From: Squalus acanthias
Taxonomy: Eukaryota
DNA length: 64,000 bases
Assembly: GCA_030390025.1 (NCBI GenBank)
Contig: CM059431.1
Coordinates: 107,138,001-107,202,000, forward strand
Direction: 5' to 3'
This document shows, in pieces, positions 62,091-64,000 of this stretch. Position 1 is the stretch's first letter, and every line of letters begins with the position of its first letter. The position numbers were made by a program, and so were the translations under genes. The notes under the pieces were generated by a model. The model made no database searches, had not been told where the DNA came from, and saw nothing but the letters and a program-made list of their open reading frames with translations.

Positions 62091-63430
62091 CTATGTCTCT
62101 GTCCCCCTCTGAATCCTTACTCTCGAGCTCTTCTGTAACCTCCCGTCCCTGCTCCCCGTCAGATACATAATCTCCCTTAGAGAGGTTTCTCCAGCAGTGC
62201 CACTCCCTTCGGCCTCATCTCCACCACTTACCCTTGCTCCCCGTTTCTTCTCTCTCTGGGACAATGACGCATCTGCAGCTATCTTGCTCCCTTGTGGTGT
62301 CTTTGTATCCCCGCTCCCGTCCTCCTGCCCTTTTAAGGCTCTTGCCTCTTGCACCCTCTCCTTGTCTTGCCCCCTTCTGCTCCCCGAGATATCCGACTCC
62401 CCGATTTTCTTTGGAGTACTTACACTTACCCCACACTCCACTCCCTCCTCCTCTCCCCCCGCGGGCACCAGATTCTTTCGGGAGAGCTGAGCCGTATTAT
62501 GGTTCGAATCTGCCTTTGACCCGTGCTGCCCGCTGCTGTCTTTGTCCTTTTCCACTGTACTTGGTGTGCTTTCCACCATCTCCACGCTGTTCTCTGCTTC
62601 GCAATTTTCTGCCTCTTCCTGTGTTCTTTTCTCCTTCCATTCACCAGCTTTGTCCTCCGCCTGCACCGCTCCTCCAGCCACTCCACTCACACCTCCTGCT
62701 CCTTCTCCTTCTCCCATCTCCTCGTCACTCAAGGGGCTTCCTTCTACCTCACACTCAAAGCGGGTGGGGCCTTTGTGACACACTCCACAGCTCTCCGCCT
62801 TGCAGCTCCGAGCGATGTGTCCAGACTCACCGCAGTTATAGCAGTACAAGTTTGGACAGCTTCATACAAGATTGTCGTGCCCAAGACAATAATAACAAAC
62901 CTTCACCTGGTTATCATGCAGTACCTGGAATTACTGCACTCCTTCCATTGTCTCGAATTTCATGCTATATGGCAATGACTTCACCCCCTCTGGGAACCAT
63001 ACCTTTACATAATGGGTTCCATCTGCTACCCGCGTTCCTGGATAGTATCTCCTTTTTACTGCCGAGTAAATTTTAATGTCACATGACTCCAACATTTTTA
63101 TTAGCACATCATCTGCAATATAAACCAGCAGGTTTAAGAATGAGACCACCACCTCTTCAGAATATAGCAGAGAAATCTCCAAGAATTTATCTCCAACCTT
63201 CAAACTGAGTAAAAGTCTTTCCACCTCCTCTTGGCCACTGACTATCACCTCGAACCCAACATTCGGCTTTGGTCGGCAGGCAAAGCAGCTTCCTTCGCCG
63301 CAGTCCTCATGTACCGCCTGGATAATATCCCAAGCTTGTATCTCCTTATCCTCGCACTGAACCACCACCGTGTTTTTTTTTCAAAATCTCCTGGGGTCCC
63401 GGCCCAAATCTTTGGGCCTTTAGTTCTCCC
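62091..63430 (-). pseudogene. Tx1-type ORF1 (RRM-like region + CCHC zinc knuckle), disrupted
   Basis: RRYYPGTRVADGTHYVKVWFP..SLPYS; CYNCGESGHIARSC; low-complexity acidic/basic tail. Confidence 0.8.
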
Positions 63431-64000
63431 TTCCCCCCACATTTTATTCCCTAATTAAATTCATCCTGGGAACATTGTCCTCTAAGGAGCCCGGCACTCT
63501 GGGCTCCTCAGCAGCCATCTGGCTGATGTTTAAGGACCAAAAAGGCCTAAAACCTGAAAAAAAAAACTACCACCAACTTTTTACAAACTCACTCCAACTC
63601 CCTGCAGTAATCAAACACCCAGCAGCACCTGCTCACTCCTAGCCCCTACCACCTAGAGAGTGCTACCCACTGAGCCACGGCTGACAATCTATACTTTCTG
63701 TTGATGAATTACATACCATTGTGCTCAAAATGGTGCTAAGCATCAGTGCTCACGTGGACATAAATTTTACCATTGAACTTCCTACTGGCTATTTCAAGGG
63801 AGTTTTATACCACAGGAATAATTGTATGCTTCTTTTTGATAGTGTTTACTGGAAAGCGAAGGTTGCATCCTTGAGAAGTATGGGGAAGTTGAACAGAAAG
63901 CTTTCCTCAAGTACCAGCATCCCATAATTATAAGTGTTTATAGGCTGTGTGATGTGTTCTTTTTCCATTGTGGTCAGTGACTGTTGACTAAATGTATTCA

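Larger units (their letters stand above)
53554..63655 (-). mobile_element. Tx1/L1-clade non-LTR element, ORF1-only (own sequence 53554-53746 and 61858-63655)
   Basis: Minus-strand poly(A) at 53554, AATAAA at ~53571, 15-bp TSD, Tx1-type ORF1. Confidence 0.8.
53117..63686 (-). mobile_element. DeuSINE split into body (53117-53553) and head (63656-63686) by a 10.1-kb nested insertion
   Basis: Deu domain at 53350-53430; head gtcagccgtggctcagtgggtagcactctc; duplicated GAGAGTGCTACCCAC. Confidence 0.85.

Noticed and set aside
62234..63076. 280-aa plus-strand ORF
   Set aside because: Antisense to the purine-rich Tx1 ORF1; low complexity

Overview
Eukaryotic, repeat-dense genomic DNA with no recognisable host exon. 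The repeat families (CR1 LINEs, HE1/V-SINE, DeuSINE/SacSINE1-like, L2, Penelope, Harbinger) point to a cartilaginous fish such as a shark; this is inferred. Contents: one apparently intact full-length CR1 (ORF1 zinc-finger/esterase, ORF2 APE-RT); many CR1/L2 fragments; two spliced Harbinger Myb/SANT pseudogenes and many Harbinger-type MITEs, one Harbinger carrying a 1.6-kb 11-bp satellite; Penelope elements with minimal hammerhead ribozymes; and solo LTRs. Two features stand out. (1) A retroviral-type remnant (1.8-kb 3' LTR plus envelope gene) whose long, F-like fusion protein has an N-terminal immunoglobulin-like domain. (2) A ~2-kb ORF1-only Tx1/L1-clade element inserted with a 15-bp TSD next to the A-box of a tRNA-derived SINE, which then received a CR1, an LTR, a MITE and Penelope insertions. 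All calls were made by eye, without database searches.
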